From positions 12,710 to 76,709 of the forward strand of contig JAQBGU010000143.1 of the NCBI GenBank assembly GCA_032128375.1: a DNA stretch of 64,000 bases, written 5' to 3'. Positions 50,345 to 60,711 of the stretch are shown in pieces. Numbering within the stretch: position 1 is the first letter of the stretch; every line of letters begins with the position of its first letter. This stretch comes from Deltaproteobacteria bacterium. Lineage in GTDB: Bacteria; Myxococcota_A; UBA9160; SMWR01. The notes beneath the pieces were generated by a model that saw nothing but the letters and a program-made list of their open reading frames with translations, did not search any database and had not been told where the DNA came from. The position numbers and the translations under genes were made by a program.

Positions 50345-50958
50345 CGAGCCTCCACGCAGTACGCCCGACCACGTAGCACCCCACGAGAAGTCTGGCTTTC
50401 GCAGGCGATGGTGCGGCTGCGTTCTTGGTGGATCAACCCCTCGGTGGTGGCTGATGTCATTTGAATTGCCCCGAACGCGATGCAATGATTTCTCGGCCAC
50501 GCGAATGTCGAGCCGTCCCGCCTATACGCCCGCCTCGCCGACAACGCGCTACTCGAACTACTGCGTCCCCAACCTTGGCGACAAAGTGGCGACAAGGGTT
50601 CCGAGGGCGAACCTGAGCAAAAATCAAGACCATACTGGTGGGCCCTGCAGGGCTCGAACCTGGGGGCGGGGTCGCGGCACGGCCAACATGCCGTTGGCTC
50701 CAAATCGAGCAGCCGCGCGATGCTGGCGATCGGGATCAGCGGGCGAGAAAGGGGACGTGCTCGCGCACGAACATCCCGACTGGCCGCACAAGTGCTTCCT
50801 CTTCATCGGGGCAAAAGGACTGGCCCGGCTCGAGGGGCGCATAGCACGAGAGCTACGAGATCGCTGCGCCGGTCGAACCCCAACGCTCTTTCCTGATCCT
50901 GCGACCCTCCGCGTTGCACCTGCGGTTCTCGACGTCGGGCGCGTGACTCGAGCGGGTC

Positions 50959-52755
50959 CTAAAAGCCCGCTAGCTGATCCTCGCTCGCGGGCTCCTGCTT
51001 GGTCAGAGATTCCGGTGTGTCGCCCACGTATCGCAACGTGGTGAAGCCGAAGAACATCTCGTGCTTGGTCTGCAAGCCGAAATGCACCGGCTTGGTGGGA
51101 TCGGGGTTGAACCGGTTTCGGGCTGAGTTGTCCATCGCTCCGTTGGCCACCAGGCGAGTCCCGGCCGGCAAGAACAAGGGTTCTTCGAGCTCGTAGCTGA
51201 ACTGCCAGTTGAACTCGTACTTGGGCACGGAGAGCAGAAGTTCAGAGCTGCCATCGGGGTACACCGCCGTGTAGCTCATGTATTTTCCGCGATAGTGCAT
51301 GTGCGGCGTCATGCTGTAGAGGTAGGCGTCGCGTTCGATCAGCTCTTCCCCTTCGAGCTTGTGCTCCTTCGCATGCGCGGGAATCAGGAAACGTCTCTGG
51401 CCCGCGACGCCTCCTGACATGATGTACGCGGGAGGCTCGTCGTGGAGGTAGAGACCGATCTCGGTTTCGTCCACCGTTTCCCTGCCCGACGTCGTGTAGT
51501 GCATCTGCAGAAGCAGGTTTGATCCCTTCCGGACCAGGCGACCGCTGTTGTCTCTAAAGGAGTCGGGTTGGCGTCCAGGCGCGAAGCCGCCAACGCTCGA
51601 TCCATTGGCCGAACCGTCTGCCCGTCCTCGGACGGTCTTGTCGGCCGGACTCGAGAGATACGCAATGACGTGGTGAAGAACCTGTCGATCTCCGGGGACG
51701 AACTCCACGGCCCGAACCCAGATGTCTTTGTCGACGTCGAGTTCGACCGGGACGTAGCGGTAATCGACGATGCCCGTGGCGGGGATCGTCTGAGCAGCGA
51801 CCTTGAACGTCATGTCCGGTTCCCCGAGGCTGTACTTGGGATCGTCGAAGGTCAGCGCCGCCAGCGGGTCTTCTTCCCCTTCGTCGCGCGTGGCGCCTGC
51901 GTTGATCCAGTGGATCAGCGTCTGCTTCTCCTTTGCCGAGAGCCCGTTTACGTCGCGCATCGGCTTGCCGACATGCGGATCGATCTGGCCGGGCGGCATG
52001 CGATGGGTCATGACGACTTCGCGCATCATCAGTGACCAACCCTTCACCAATTCATGGCTCGACATCGGCCAGGAAGCGATGCCGCCGTCGTGGTGACACT
52101 TCAGACAGTTGTTCTCCAGGATCGGCGCGATGTCCTTCGAATAGGACGGGGCGGCTTTTTGATGTTCCGTTCGGCTCGCGAAATTGATGATGCACCCCGG
52201 TGATGCGGCGCTGTCGGCTGCGACCGCCCGGCCGGCGAGAGTCGCCTCGAGCGCATCCCTCAGATAGTGATTCTGGGCCTCCGGCTTCTGCGATTCGTAG
52301 TCCAGCCGATCATCGATCGGACCTCGAAACCGCACCGTCAGCGTTTCCGGATCGATGACGAATGCCTCGGCGGTGCGGTCGGCGCCGAGGGACTCGGCCA
52401 CCAGCTGCGATTCGTCTACGAGGATGGGGAAGTCGTAGCCGAAGTCGCTGGCTTCCTTGACGATGCTGGCGCGATTGTCCTGGATCTGGGGGTTGAGCAT
52501 GAAGAACACGACGCCACGACTCTCGAACTCGTCGCGGAGCGCCTTCAGCGCGTGCACCCCGTTGCGCACGATGGGGCAGCCATTGCCCTGCACGAACAGG
52601 ACGACTGCCTTCTGATCCCCATACCAGCTGAGCTGGTGAAACTTGCCGTGCTGATCGATGAGCGCGAAGTCACCGACCTTGGTCGGCTCCGCGGCGGATC
52701 CCGCCGACGCGCAGATCGCGGCAATACAAAGGATGGTGATTCTCGAGAACTTCAT
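50959..52755 (-). CDS. Secreted redoxin - cytochrome c - copper type II monooxygenase-like fusion protein
   Basis: Signal peptide; DFALID...GCPIV (redoxin); CLKCH; VLHH, MHY, PHMHYRG, EM Cu ligands. Confidence 0.85.
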   Translation of the reverse strand: MKFSRITILCIAAICASAGSAAEPTKVGDFALIDQHGKFHQLSWYGDQKAVVLFVQGNGCPIVRNGVHALKALRDEFESRGVVFFMLNPQIQDNRASIVKEASDFGYDFPILVDESQLVAESLGADRTAEAFVIDPETLTVRFRGPIDDRLDYESQKPEAQNHYLRDALEATLAGRAVAADSAASPGCIINFASRTEHQKAAPSYSKDIAPILENNCLKCHHDGGIASWPMSSHELVKGWSLMMREVVMTHRMPPGQIDPHVGKPMRDVNGLSAKEKQTLIHWINAGATRDEGEEDPLAALTFDDPKYSLGEPDMTFKVAAQTIPATGIVDYRYVPVELDVDKDIWVRAVEFVPGDRQVLHHVIAYLSSPADKTVRGRADGSANGSSVGGFAPGRQPDSFRDNSGRLVRKGSNLLLQMHYTTSGRETVDETEIGLYLHDEPPAYIMSGGVAGQRRFLIPAHAKEHKLEGEELIERDAYLYSMTPHMHYRGKYMSYTAVYPDGSSELLLSVPKYEFNWQFSYELEEPLFLPAGTRLVANGAMDNSARNRFNPDPTKPVHFGLQTKHEMFFGFTTLRYVGDTPESLTKQEPASEDQLAGF

Positions 52756-52873
52756 GGGAGCCCTCCTCCGCTCAGGGTGCAACGGCGGACACGCCAGAAG
52801 AAGTTATCGTACCTTTGAGACGTTCGGAGACGATCATTTCGTCGACTTCGCCAGCGGGGCCCCGGCCAACTTC

Positions 52874-55186
52874 ATGCAGTTTCTGATCGATCAACTCGTC
52901 GCCCAACGCAAGTCGCTCGCGCTGCTGATCGTGCTCCTGGGAGCCGCCGTCGCCTCGGGAATCCCGTACGTCACCACCGACCACAGCGACGTGGCCCTGT
53001 TGGCCGAAGACGATCCCAGCAGAGCGGAGATCGACCAGGTCGCGAAGGACTTCCCGCGCAGCACCGCGGTCTTGTTTGCGTTCTTGCCCGCCAGCGGGAA
53101 CGTCTTCAGCCTGGACGTGCTGCATGCGATGGACGATCTGACCAATCGGTACAGCGAGATCGCCTCCGCGGTCTCCGTCGGGTCCCTGCTGAACCAGCGC
53201 CTGAACGCCGTCGATGCCGATCGCCTCGATCGCGACTACCTGGTCCCCGATCTCTCGACACTCACCCAGGCTGACGCGGACGACGTTCGAGACATCGCCC
53301 TCGGCGACGACATCCTCACGAAGACCGTACTTTCACCGACCGGTGACATGGCCCTGGCCGCCATCAAGTACCGAGCGAAAAAAGACGACCAGGAGACGCG
53401 TCTCGGTATCGGCCGGTCGGTCACGGCCCTTCGCAATTCGCTTCGCGAAGCGTATCCCGAGGTCGGGATCTACGTGATCGGTGGCGTGCTTTTCGAGCTG
53501 GATGGCTACAACGCCCAGGCCAAGGACTCGCGATACGTGTTTCCGGTCGTCATCGCCTTGTCGATTCTGCTGTTGTGGTTCTGCCTGAAATCCCTGTTCC
53601 TTTCGCTCTGTCTCTTCACGCTCTCTGCGCTGACGATCGGCCTGACGTTGGGCACGGTCGGCTGGGCGGAGATCCCGCTCAATCAGATTTCGACCATGGG
53701 GCCGATGGTCGTGTTCATGATTGCCATGGCGGACGGCATTCACATCGTTTCGATCTACCTGCAAGGACGACACGACTCACTCGACAAGACCGAAGCCATG
53801 CGACAGAGCCTGGCCGTGAACTTCCAACCGATCAGCCTCGCAACGGTCACCACGGCAATGGGATTCTTGAGCTTGAACTACTGTTCTTCGCCCGCGATCT
53901 ACGGCTTCGGAAACGTTGTGGCGATCGGAGTGGGTTGGGCCTACGTGGTGACCCTGGCCCTGCTACCGACGCTGGCCTTGCTCGCGCCCGGCAGCGAGAT
54001 CCCCAAGCCACTCGGCCTTCGCGGGCCGATTTCTTTGGTGAGCCGGTTGGTCGCAGAGCGAGGAGGCGCGCTCTACTGGGGAAGCCTGGTCCTGATCGTG
54101 AGCACACTGGCCCTACTGCCGCTCAACAAGCTGGACTTCAGCCCCTTCAGCTTCGTCGACGAGGACTCCGACTTCCATCATGTGATCGATGCTCTGGCCG
54201 AGAAGATCGGAAACGACCAGAGCCTGGTCTACAGCATCGATAGCGGCGAGTACTACGGCATCACCGAGACCGCGTTCTTGAATCAAATCGACGGGTTCTC
54301 CGTCTGGCTGGAAGAGCAACCGGAAGCCAGCTTCGTCACTAGCTACACCGACCTGCTCAAGAACCTCAACAAGGCGGAGCACGACAACGACGAGGGCTGG
54401 AACGTACTGCCCGAAGACAAGCTGCAGATCATCGACTACCTGGTGGGCTACCAGCTGATTCAAGAGATCGAGCCCCATCTGGAACCGATCTTCGATCCTG
54501 ACTACTCAGCGATTCGGCTCGTTGTTGGCACGTCGAACCTGAGCAACCGCGAACTGCTTGATTTCAATGACACGATCGAGAACTGGATCGCCGCGAACGT
54601 GAATCCGGCCTACGAGATCAAGCACGGGGACAACAGCATCGTCTTCGCCCGGACGAACCGCGCCATCTCCACCGAACTCATGCAGGGTTTCACGCTCAGT
54701 TTCGTGCTCATTACGGTGACGCTTCTGATCGGGCTCAAGAGCGTGCGCTACGGGCTGTTGAGCATCATGCCCAATCTGTTTCCGGCGACGATCGTGTTCG
54801 GATTCTGGGGCCTGTTCGTCGGTGAACTGAGCCCCTACGTGCTGATGTTGTTCTCGATCAGCATCGGCCTGGTGGTCGACGATACCGTTCATGTTCTGAG
54901 CAAGTACATCAGCGCGAGACGCGAGGGCGAGGCTCCTGAATCCGCTGTTCAGCATTCACTCGCGAAGGCCGGGCCAGCGATCACGATCACCACGCTATCG
55001 CTCGCTCTGGGAACGGTCATCCTGGTCTTTTCGAACACCTTCTACTTCCAGAACGTGGCGAAGCTCCTGACCCCGATCATCCTCGTCGCGCTGGCCCTCG
55101 ACCTGCTCTTCCTTCCCCCGCTGCTGATCCGGTTCGACAAATGGTTCGAAAAGCGCGGGCGCATGGGAAGCCCGGCCACCACGTGA
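52874..55186 (+). CDS. MMPL/RND-family transporter
   Basis: Two repeats with ADGIH and GLVVDDTVH; TTAMGF. Confidence 0.88.
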   Translation: MQFLIDQLVAQRKSLALLIVLLGAAVASGIPYVTTDHSDVALLAEDDPSRAEIDQVAKDFPRSTAVLFAFLPASGNVFSLDVLHAMDDLTNRYSEIASAVSVGSLLNQRLNAVDADRLDRDYLVPDLSTLTQADADDVRDIALGDDILTKTVLSPTGDMALAAIKYRAKKDDQETRLGIGRSVTALRNSLREAYPEVGIYVIGGVLFELDGYNAQAKDSRYVFPVVIALSILLLWFCLKSLFLSLCLFTLSALTIGLTLGTVGWAEIPLNQISTMGPMVVFMIAMADGIHIVSIYLQGRHDSLDKTEAMRQSLAVNFQPISLATVTTAMGFLSLNYCSSPAIYGFGNVVAIGVGWAYVVTLALLPTLALLAPGSEIPKPLGLRGPISLVSRLVAERGGALYWGSLVLIVSTLALLPLNKLDFSPFSFVDEDSDFHHVIDALAEKIGNDQSLVYSIDSGEYYGITETAFLNQIDGFSVWLEEQPEASFVTSYTDLLKNLNKAEHDNDEGWNVLPEDKLQIIDYLVGYQLIQEIEPHLEPIFDPDYSAIRLVVGTSNLSNRELLDFNDTIENWIAANVNPAYEIKHGDNSIVFARTNRAISTELMQGFTLSFVLITVTLLIGLKSVRYGLLSIMPNLFPATIVFGFWGLFVGELSPYVLMLFSISIGLVVDDTVHVLSKYISARREGEAPESAVQHSLAKAGPAITITTLSLALGTVILVFSNTFYFQNVAKLLTPIILVALALDLLFLPPLLIRFDKWFEKRGRMGSPATT

Positions 55187-55235
55187 CCGGAACGCTTCAG
55201 CGTCTACGGCCCGGCCACGACATCGGCCGGTCGAC

Positions 55236-56201
55236 GTGAAGAGAACACTGGTCGCCCTGGTCGTCATCGCGGTGCTTTGCGCAGGAGTGATCGTCGGACG
55301 CCACCGCATCATGGTGTATGCCATGGCGAGTCAAGGCGCGCCGCCGCTCCTCGAGCCAAGTGACGAGGGCCCCGCGGTTCGCTGGCACGACGACTACTTC
55401 ACCGTGCAGGCGCTGGACGAGCGCACGTTCGCGATCGGCGAGCCCCGCTACGCCCAACAGAACTTCAGCTATCTCGTGGTGGGCTCCGAACGCGCGGTGC
55501 TATTCGATGCCGGTCCGGGCATTCGCGACATGAGGCCAGTCGTCGCGTCGCTGACCGACCGGCCGATCACGTTTATCCCCTCGCACTTCCACTACGACCA
55601 CGTCGGCAACACGATCACCTTCGAGCGGGTCGCCGTGGTGGACCTTCCCTACTTGAGGGAGCGTGCGCTTGACGGGAAGTTGAAGCTCGGATTCGACGAA
55701 CATCTTGGAGTCGCCGAAGGCATCGACGCGCCGACGCTCGAGGTCGATGATTGGCTGGCTCCTGGCACGACCATCGACCTGGACGACCGGAGGCTTCGCG
55801 TCCTCTATTCGCCCGGCCACACCGAAGATTCGATCTCGCTGCTCGATCTGGATTCCGGCTTCGTCTTCGCGGGCGACTTCATCTATTCGGGCCCGCTATT
55901 CGCCTTCTTGCCGAACAGCGGCATGGGCGACTACCTGCAGGGGGCAGCTACCGTGATCAAGGCGCTGCCGACCAACGCCCGCATCTTCGCCGCGCATCGT
56001 GCCCAACCACCCGGCGCTCCCGAGTTGATTGTTGGCGACCTACACGATCTCCATTCGGCGCTTCAGGCGATTCGAGCTGGCGAGCTACAAGGAGACGGCG
56101 TCTACCCCGTCGTCTACCCGGTCAACGACCGCATCGAACTCTGGGCGGAGCCCACGTGGCTGCAGAACTGGAAGCCGAACCACCCGTCTGCCGCCGAATA
56201 G
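55236..56201 (+). CDS. MBL-fold metallo-hydrolase with N-terminal TM/signal
   Basis: SHFHYDH, PGHT, GD, AH. Confidence 0.88.
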   Translation: MKRTLVALVVIAVLCAGVIVGRHRIMVYAMASQGAPPLLEPSDEGPAVRWHDDYFTVQALDERTFAIGEPRYAQQNFSYLVVGSERAVLFDAGPGIRDMRPVVASLTDRPITFIPSHFHYDHVGNTITFERVAVVDLPYLRERALDGKLKLGFDEHLGVAEGIDAPTLEVDDWLAPGTTIDLDDRRLRVLYSPGHTEDSISLLDLDSGFVFAGDFIYSGPLFAFLPNSGMGDYLQGAATVIKALPTNARIFAAHRAQPPGAPELIVGDLHDLHSALQAIRAGELQGDGVYPVVYPVNDRIELWAEPTWLQNWKPNHPSAAE

Positions 56202-56305
56202 CGGGCCCTTTCGCGAGTCAGCCGCCTGTCAGATGCGGCCCGGCGTCTCACCTGCACACATCTACCTCGCTACGGGCCGCGCTCCGCTCGACCGATACGA
56301 ACCCC

Positions 56306-57157
56306 GTGCAGTTTCAACCCCGATTCACTCTCACTCCGCGGATGCTCCGCCAGCTCAAGGCCATCGAGCAGACGGCGGGCTTTCTCAAAGCCGTAGAACT
56401 CCGCCCCGATTGGAATGCGGAAGTTCGGCAACGCACGAACGTCCTGGAGGCACTCGCAAGCCTTCAGATCGAGGGAAACTCACTCACTCTCGAAGAAGCT
56501 TTCGATCTCGCCCAGAACCGGCCGCCGCGCGAACTGCGCGATTCCGAACGTGAATTCTTCAACTATCTGAATGCGTTCGATGCGATCGACGGCCTTCGCA
56601 ACGAGCGGGACGCAATCATCTCACGAGGGGACCTTTGCAACTTGCATCGCGCACTCGTCGAAGGCGTTCGCGGTGGCCGTTTTAGGGCGGGGGAGTTTCG
56701 ACGCGAGGACGTCAAAGTCGGTGACGTGAACGGCCAGCAGATCGTGGTCCACCACCACCCTCCGAGTTTCATGGAGGTCGAATCCGAGGTGAATTCACTT
56801 CTCGAATGGATCGAAGCGAGCAAAGTGCACGGGGACTGCCCCGACGACCCGTGGATTCATCCAGTCATTCAAGCGGGAATCGCGCAGCATCGGCTCGTCT
56901 GGATCCACCCGTTCGTCGACGGCAACGGACGAACCGCACGGATGTTGACGACGCTGCTTCTCTACCAGCGCAGCTACGACTTCAAGTATCTGTTCGAACT
57001 GTCTACCTACTACAACGAAAACCGCGATGACTACTACAACGCGCTTCGGGAGGCGGATGCCACTGGGGACTACACCGCGTGGTTGACGTACTTCTTGGGA
57101 GGGTTCTCGTATCAGATGATCCGAATCCAGGAAATCACGCGGGAGGGGTTGGGATAG
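56306..57157 (+). CDS. Fic-domain protein (class II, intramolecular inhibitor)
   Basis: HPFVDGNGRTAR; SLQIEGN inhibitory motif. Confidence 0.92.
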   Translation: MQFQPRFTLTPRMLRQLKAIEQTAGFLKAVELRPDWNAEVRQRTNVLEALASLQIEGNSLTLEEAFDLAQNRPPRELRDSEREFFNYLNAFDAIDGLRNERDAIISRGDLCNLHRALVEGVRGGRFRAGEFRREDVKVGDVNGQQIVVHHHPPSFMEVESEVNSLLEWIEASKVHGDCPDDPWIHPVIQAGIAQHRLVWIHPFVDGNGRTARMLTTLLLYQRSYDFKYLFELSTYYNENRDDYYNALREADATGDYTAWLTYFLGGFSYQMIRIQEITREGLG

Positions 57158-57179
57158 CGTGAGGTGGTGGGATTTCGGT

Positions 57180-57965
57180 TCAACCCCCGCCGCGACCGAG
57201 TTCTGGCACCCAGATCACATCCTCCGGTGGGCTTCCACACGGTTTCAACCGATCCGGGTACAGGCTGGAGATCCACGCACACATGTAGGCGTCGAGGCGG
57301 TCGTGAAGTGGCGAGCGTGCGCACTGGTCGAGCGCCGCCTTCAACTCCGAAGCGTAACTCCAGCCGGTGTGCTTCGCGATCTCTTGAAGTTGACGCATCA
57401 GCCCCGCCGACTTCGACTTGTGCTCGTTTCCGACCCCCAGGATTCTCACGGTCGCTTGGGGAAAGACCTCCAAGCATCGGTATGACGGGGCCAACACCTC
57501 GAAGAGGCTGAAGCCAACGAGCATCCAGAGCTGGTTCGCGTGTGGCATCCGGTTCTGGGCGCCTCCGGCGGCGAGGTGCCGAGAAACTTTGGCTCTGATC
57601 TCAATGAACTTGTCGTGGCTGGGAGTTGTGAAGCAACTGATCTTCAGCTGATCCATGGCCTTTTCACAGGCTCGTCGCGGGCCGAGAGAGTAGGTGCGTG
57701 GTGCATCGATCGCGACCGATTGGATCGCAACACCCGCAATCGCTTCGATCTCTCGGAGGTAGCTGAGCGTCTGGGTCGCGAAAGATTCAACGGACTCGTC
57801 CTGGATACACGCAGCATTGCCACGTCCGATCGGAGGATCGGGGTAATCCGTGCTGGCCAGTGGCAGGGGGACGAGTCGCCCATGGTCCAGCGTGCACACA
57901 CACACGGGTAACCGTTTTTTCTTCGCAAAGGCAACATCGATTCCCGCGTACGCCTTCTGGACCAT
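57180..57965 (-). CDS. DUF429-like predicted RNase H-fold nuclease
   Basis: AGIDVA, AIDAP, R.CE, EVFP, HDRLDA; GGAGG RBS. Confidence 0.8.
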   Translation of the reverse strand: MVQKAYAGIDVAFAKKKRLPVCVCTLDHGRLVPLPLASTDYPDPPIGRGNAACIQDESVESFATQTLSYLREIEAIAGVAIQSVAIDAPRTYSLGPRRACEKAMDQLKISCFTTPSHDKFIEIRAKVSRHLAAGGAQNRMPHANQLWMLVGFSLFEVLAPSYRCLEVFPQATVRILGVGNEHKSKSAGLMRQLQEIAKHTGWSYASELKAALDQCARSPLHDRLDAYMCAWISSLYPDRLKPCGSPPEDVIWVPELGRGGG

Positions 57966-58124
57966 GGTGTCCTCCGTTGAAAGCGATCGAGGTCCAGACA
58001 GAGTAATCGTACCCGCCAACCGAACACGGAGCTCGGGTGTACAAGATGAAGCTGGAAAAAGTGGAAGGCGGAACAAGAGTCTCTTGGAGGCAGATCAGAG
58101 CAATCCGAAATCGCTTCGCCCGCT

Positions 58125-58364
58125 GTGACCGCAGATCTCATAGATGAGCCCGGCGCCCGCAAGATGTTTCTGCTTGCGCTTCAAGTGAATGCACTCCCGT
58201 GCCCAGAAGTCAAACGAGTCGAAATCACCGAGAATGGCAAGATTCTGAAGATCTCGTGTGGTCAGACGGGGGTAGAAAATGTAGATCCACGCCTCATCTA
58301 TCGCGGACGCTACAACCAGCAGCTCCCGGAACACGGCCCACGATATTTCCTCGAGCGCTGGTGA
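58125..58364 (+). CDS. Small hypothetical protein
   Basis: 79-aa ORF filling the gap; no recognisable motif. Confidence 0.3.
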   Translation: MTADLIDEPGARKMFLLALQVNALPCPEVKRVEITENGKILKISCGQTGVENVDPRLIYRGRYNQQLPEHGPRYFLERW

Positions 58365-58417
58365 TCAGTAGTATGGCCGTGCCCCTCGTTCTCCGAAGAA
58401 CACGGGTGGTTCAGTTT

Positions 58418-58639
58418 ATGGACTTCATTCACTACTTCTTGATCGCCGCCTTTTTTTTCACATACTTCGCGCCCGCAATCATCGCAGGTCGCCGCAAGCA
58501 CCATCAAGAAAATGCGATCATCGTCCTCAACATTCTCCTCGGATGGACGGTGCTCGGATGGATCGTGGCGCTCGTGTGGGCGTTTACCGCGGTCGTGGCG
58601 GCCCCCACCTCCAGCAACGACACACCGGCGAAGGGTTGA
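58418..58639 (+). CDS. Superinfection immunity protein (T4 Imm-like)
   Basis: YFAPAIIA.RRKH....IIVLNILLGWTVLGWIVALVWA. Confidence 0.88.
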   Translation: MDFIHYFLIAAFFFTYFAPAIIAGRRKHHQENAIIVLNILLGWTVLGWIVALVWAFTAVVAAPTSSNDTPAKG

Positions 58640-58731
58640 AGAATCGATGGACCGCCACTTCGGCTCTTGGACGAGGCAATAGCGCCACTGAAGATCGCAA
58701 GCAGGAACCAGAGTACGACGAATTCCATCGG

Positions 58732-59268
58732 TCAACCCGTCGGTAGGTCGGACGGCTTGAAGAAGAGGTTGCGCGGTTCGCCGCAATTGACGTAGTAGGT
58801 GTCCTTCCGGCTGCCACTCTTGTCCCCGTATTCGATGCGTTTGCAGCGACCCGAATCGAGAAAATGCTTGGCCCCGCGGTGAAGAATCACAACATCCTTC
58901 TCGGTGAGGCCGCCCTGTCCCACCTTGGGGATGCCGTTGATTTTGGAGTTGTGGTCGAGTCTTGGCTGGGGCAGGTCAGCCGGCCGTCGCTTGGAAAGGT
59001 GATTTGCGGCGACCCAACGCGCCACGCTGCCGGAGCGGCCTTCGACACGGCCGTCGTAGTACTTCGATATCCGCACCCAGCCGTTGCTTGTCTCCAGGAC
59101 GTTGACCTGATTCTGCCGGTAGAGTCGGTTCGTGATCTTCGCGTTGCTGCTAGGGGCAAGCCGCACGTTTAGGGTTGGCGCGGTGACGTAGTACGACTCC
59201 AATTTTTCCGCGATACAGGCACTAGGCACGAGCAAGAACACGGCTGAGACGATGAAAAAATGACGCAC
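58732..59268 (-). CDS. Secreted bacterial SH3-domain protein
   Basis: Signal peptide; YVTAPTLNVRLAPS...NGWVRI...WV; GGAGG RBS. Confidence 0.8.
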   Translation of the reverse strand: MRHFFIVSAVFLLVPSACIAEKLESYYVTAPTLNVRLAPSSNAKITNRLYRQNQVNVLETSNGWVRISKYYDGRVEGRSGSVARWVAANHLSKRRPADLPQPRLDHNSKINGIPKVGQGGLTEKDVVILHRGAKHFLDSGRCKRIEYGDKSGSRKDTYYVNCGEPRNLFFKPSDLPTG

Positions 59269-59436
59269 GGCGGCCCTCCTGCGTGGGCAAAGCGCCCCCG
59301 ACTGATGATCGGCTGGCCCCGTATCACACTTTAGAGTCTCCCCTTCGCGGAGGCGCTCCTAGGGTCCATCGCCCAACGCAGAAGTGCTAGTTGTCTTCAC
59401 GGCAAACGCTCTGTTGCCAACGATTCAGTCTCGTCC

Positions 59437-60154
59437 TCAAGCGATCCGCTGCGCCATCTCATGGATGTTCTGATCGATATCGAGTTCGGCGACCTTCCGA
59501 ACCAGATAGCGCGTGGGATGTTCCTCGGACTCGCCCCGGTAGATGATCGCGCCAACTCCATTGCAGTACGACCTGAGCTTGACAAGAATCGTTCGCACGG
59601 CCTCGAAGTCCCGTTCATCCTGCACCCGCATCGCCCAGAAGGTAAAGTAACCCGGCTTCGAAGAGTCGATCCAATCTTGGAAGCTACCGATTGGCCGCGG
59701 TGGTGCGTAGGCGACCTTGAAATCGATCGCGGTGAACGCGACCTCCCCGAACCCGCTTGTGGAGATCGGATCGAGCATTGCGCGGGGCCATATTGTTCCC
59801 AGGATGCGGCGGTGTACCCAGCATCTTGACTTCGGCACCGACCACCGGAACTCCGTCGCTCGGGTAGCAGACGTCGATATCTAAGTTCGAGAAGAGTCGG
59901 CTCGACTTCTTGGTTCGAGTCGCCATCACTTTGCCGGAAGCGTTCGAAAGAAGTGCCACGATGAGGTCGTTGAAATATCGGGCTTTGATCTGGTACCAGC
60001 CCGTGCCTTGCTCCCCTTGCATGTATTCGGAATCAAAAGCACTCGTCGCGTCTATGAAGTCGCTCTCGATGGCGGACCAGACGTGGATGGATTCTGTCGA
60101 CACTCGCTCCAAGAGTTGTTCGTAGCGATCGAACGTGTAGGAGATCTTGGGCAT
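59437..60154 (-). pseudogene. Putative PD-(D/E)xK restriction endonuclease with a 1-nt frameshift in a G4 run (59745-59748)
   Basis: LDID...EVK motif; removing one G joins HKRVR to EVAFTAIDFK, giving 238 aa; third gene after dcm-vsr. Confidence 0.6.
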
Positions 60155-60189
60155 CGAGGTTCATCACGACCGGTGGTGTTTCGCATACG

Positions 60190-60675
60190 CTAGCGGATTC
60201 GAGTACGCGGTCTGCGAACTGAGCGTCGCCGAACCACCCGTGCGATCTTCCTCGCAGCGAGCCCCGGATCTTCGTGTTCCCAGACCCGAATCACGGCCCA
60301 CCAGGCCTTACTGAGCCGTTCATTCGTGTCGGCGTCGCGCCGTTGATTGGTGGCGAGTTTCTCGCGCCACCATTCGGCGTTGGCCTTCGGCCGTGTCGCG
60401 TGGATGGGACAGCTGTGCCAGAAACAGCCGTCCACGAAGACAGCCACTTTCGCCGGCCCGAATACGATGTCTGCCTGCCTGCGCACGTCGGGTAGGATGC
60501 GTCGATGCAGCCGGTATCGAAGCCCTTGCTTGTGCAGCTGCGACCGGATCGCCAATTCCGGGCCGGTATCTCGCTGCCGCGCCGATTTCATTCGATGGCG
60601 TGACGCGTCCGAGGAGGCGGGCGGCGATGCGTTTCGGCTTCGTCGTCGCGTGATCGGGGGGCGGGCCATCTCCAC
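60190..60675 (-). CDS. vsr: Very short patch repair endonuclease
   Basis: RDTGPE, ADIVF, FVDGCFWH, W...N.RRD, VWEH. Confidence 0.95.
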   Translation of the reverse strand: MEMARPPITRRRSRNASPPASSDASRHRMKSARQRDTGPELAIRSQLHKQGLRYRLHRRILPDVRRQADIVFGPAKVAVFVDGCFWHSCPIHATRPKANAEWWREKLATNQRRDADTNERLSKAWWAVIRVWEHEDPGLAARKIARVVRRRSVRRPRTRIR

Positions 60676-60711
60676 GGATCATAATAGATAGATAGAAGAG
60701 AGATTCGAGCG

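Noticed and set aside
55751..56305. N-terminal extensions of Fic (similarly QEGLA 40251-40793, pgsB 42751-43083, pgsC 43800-44279)
   Set aside because: They overlap neighbouring genes or promoter DNA; better starts exist downstream
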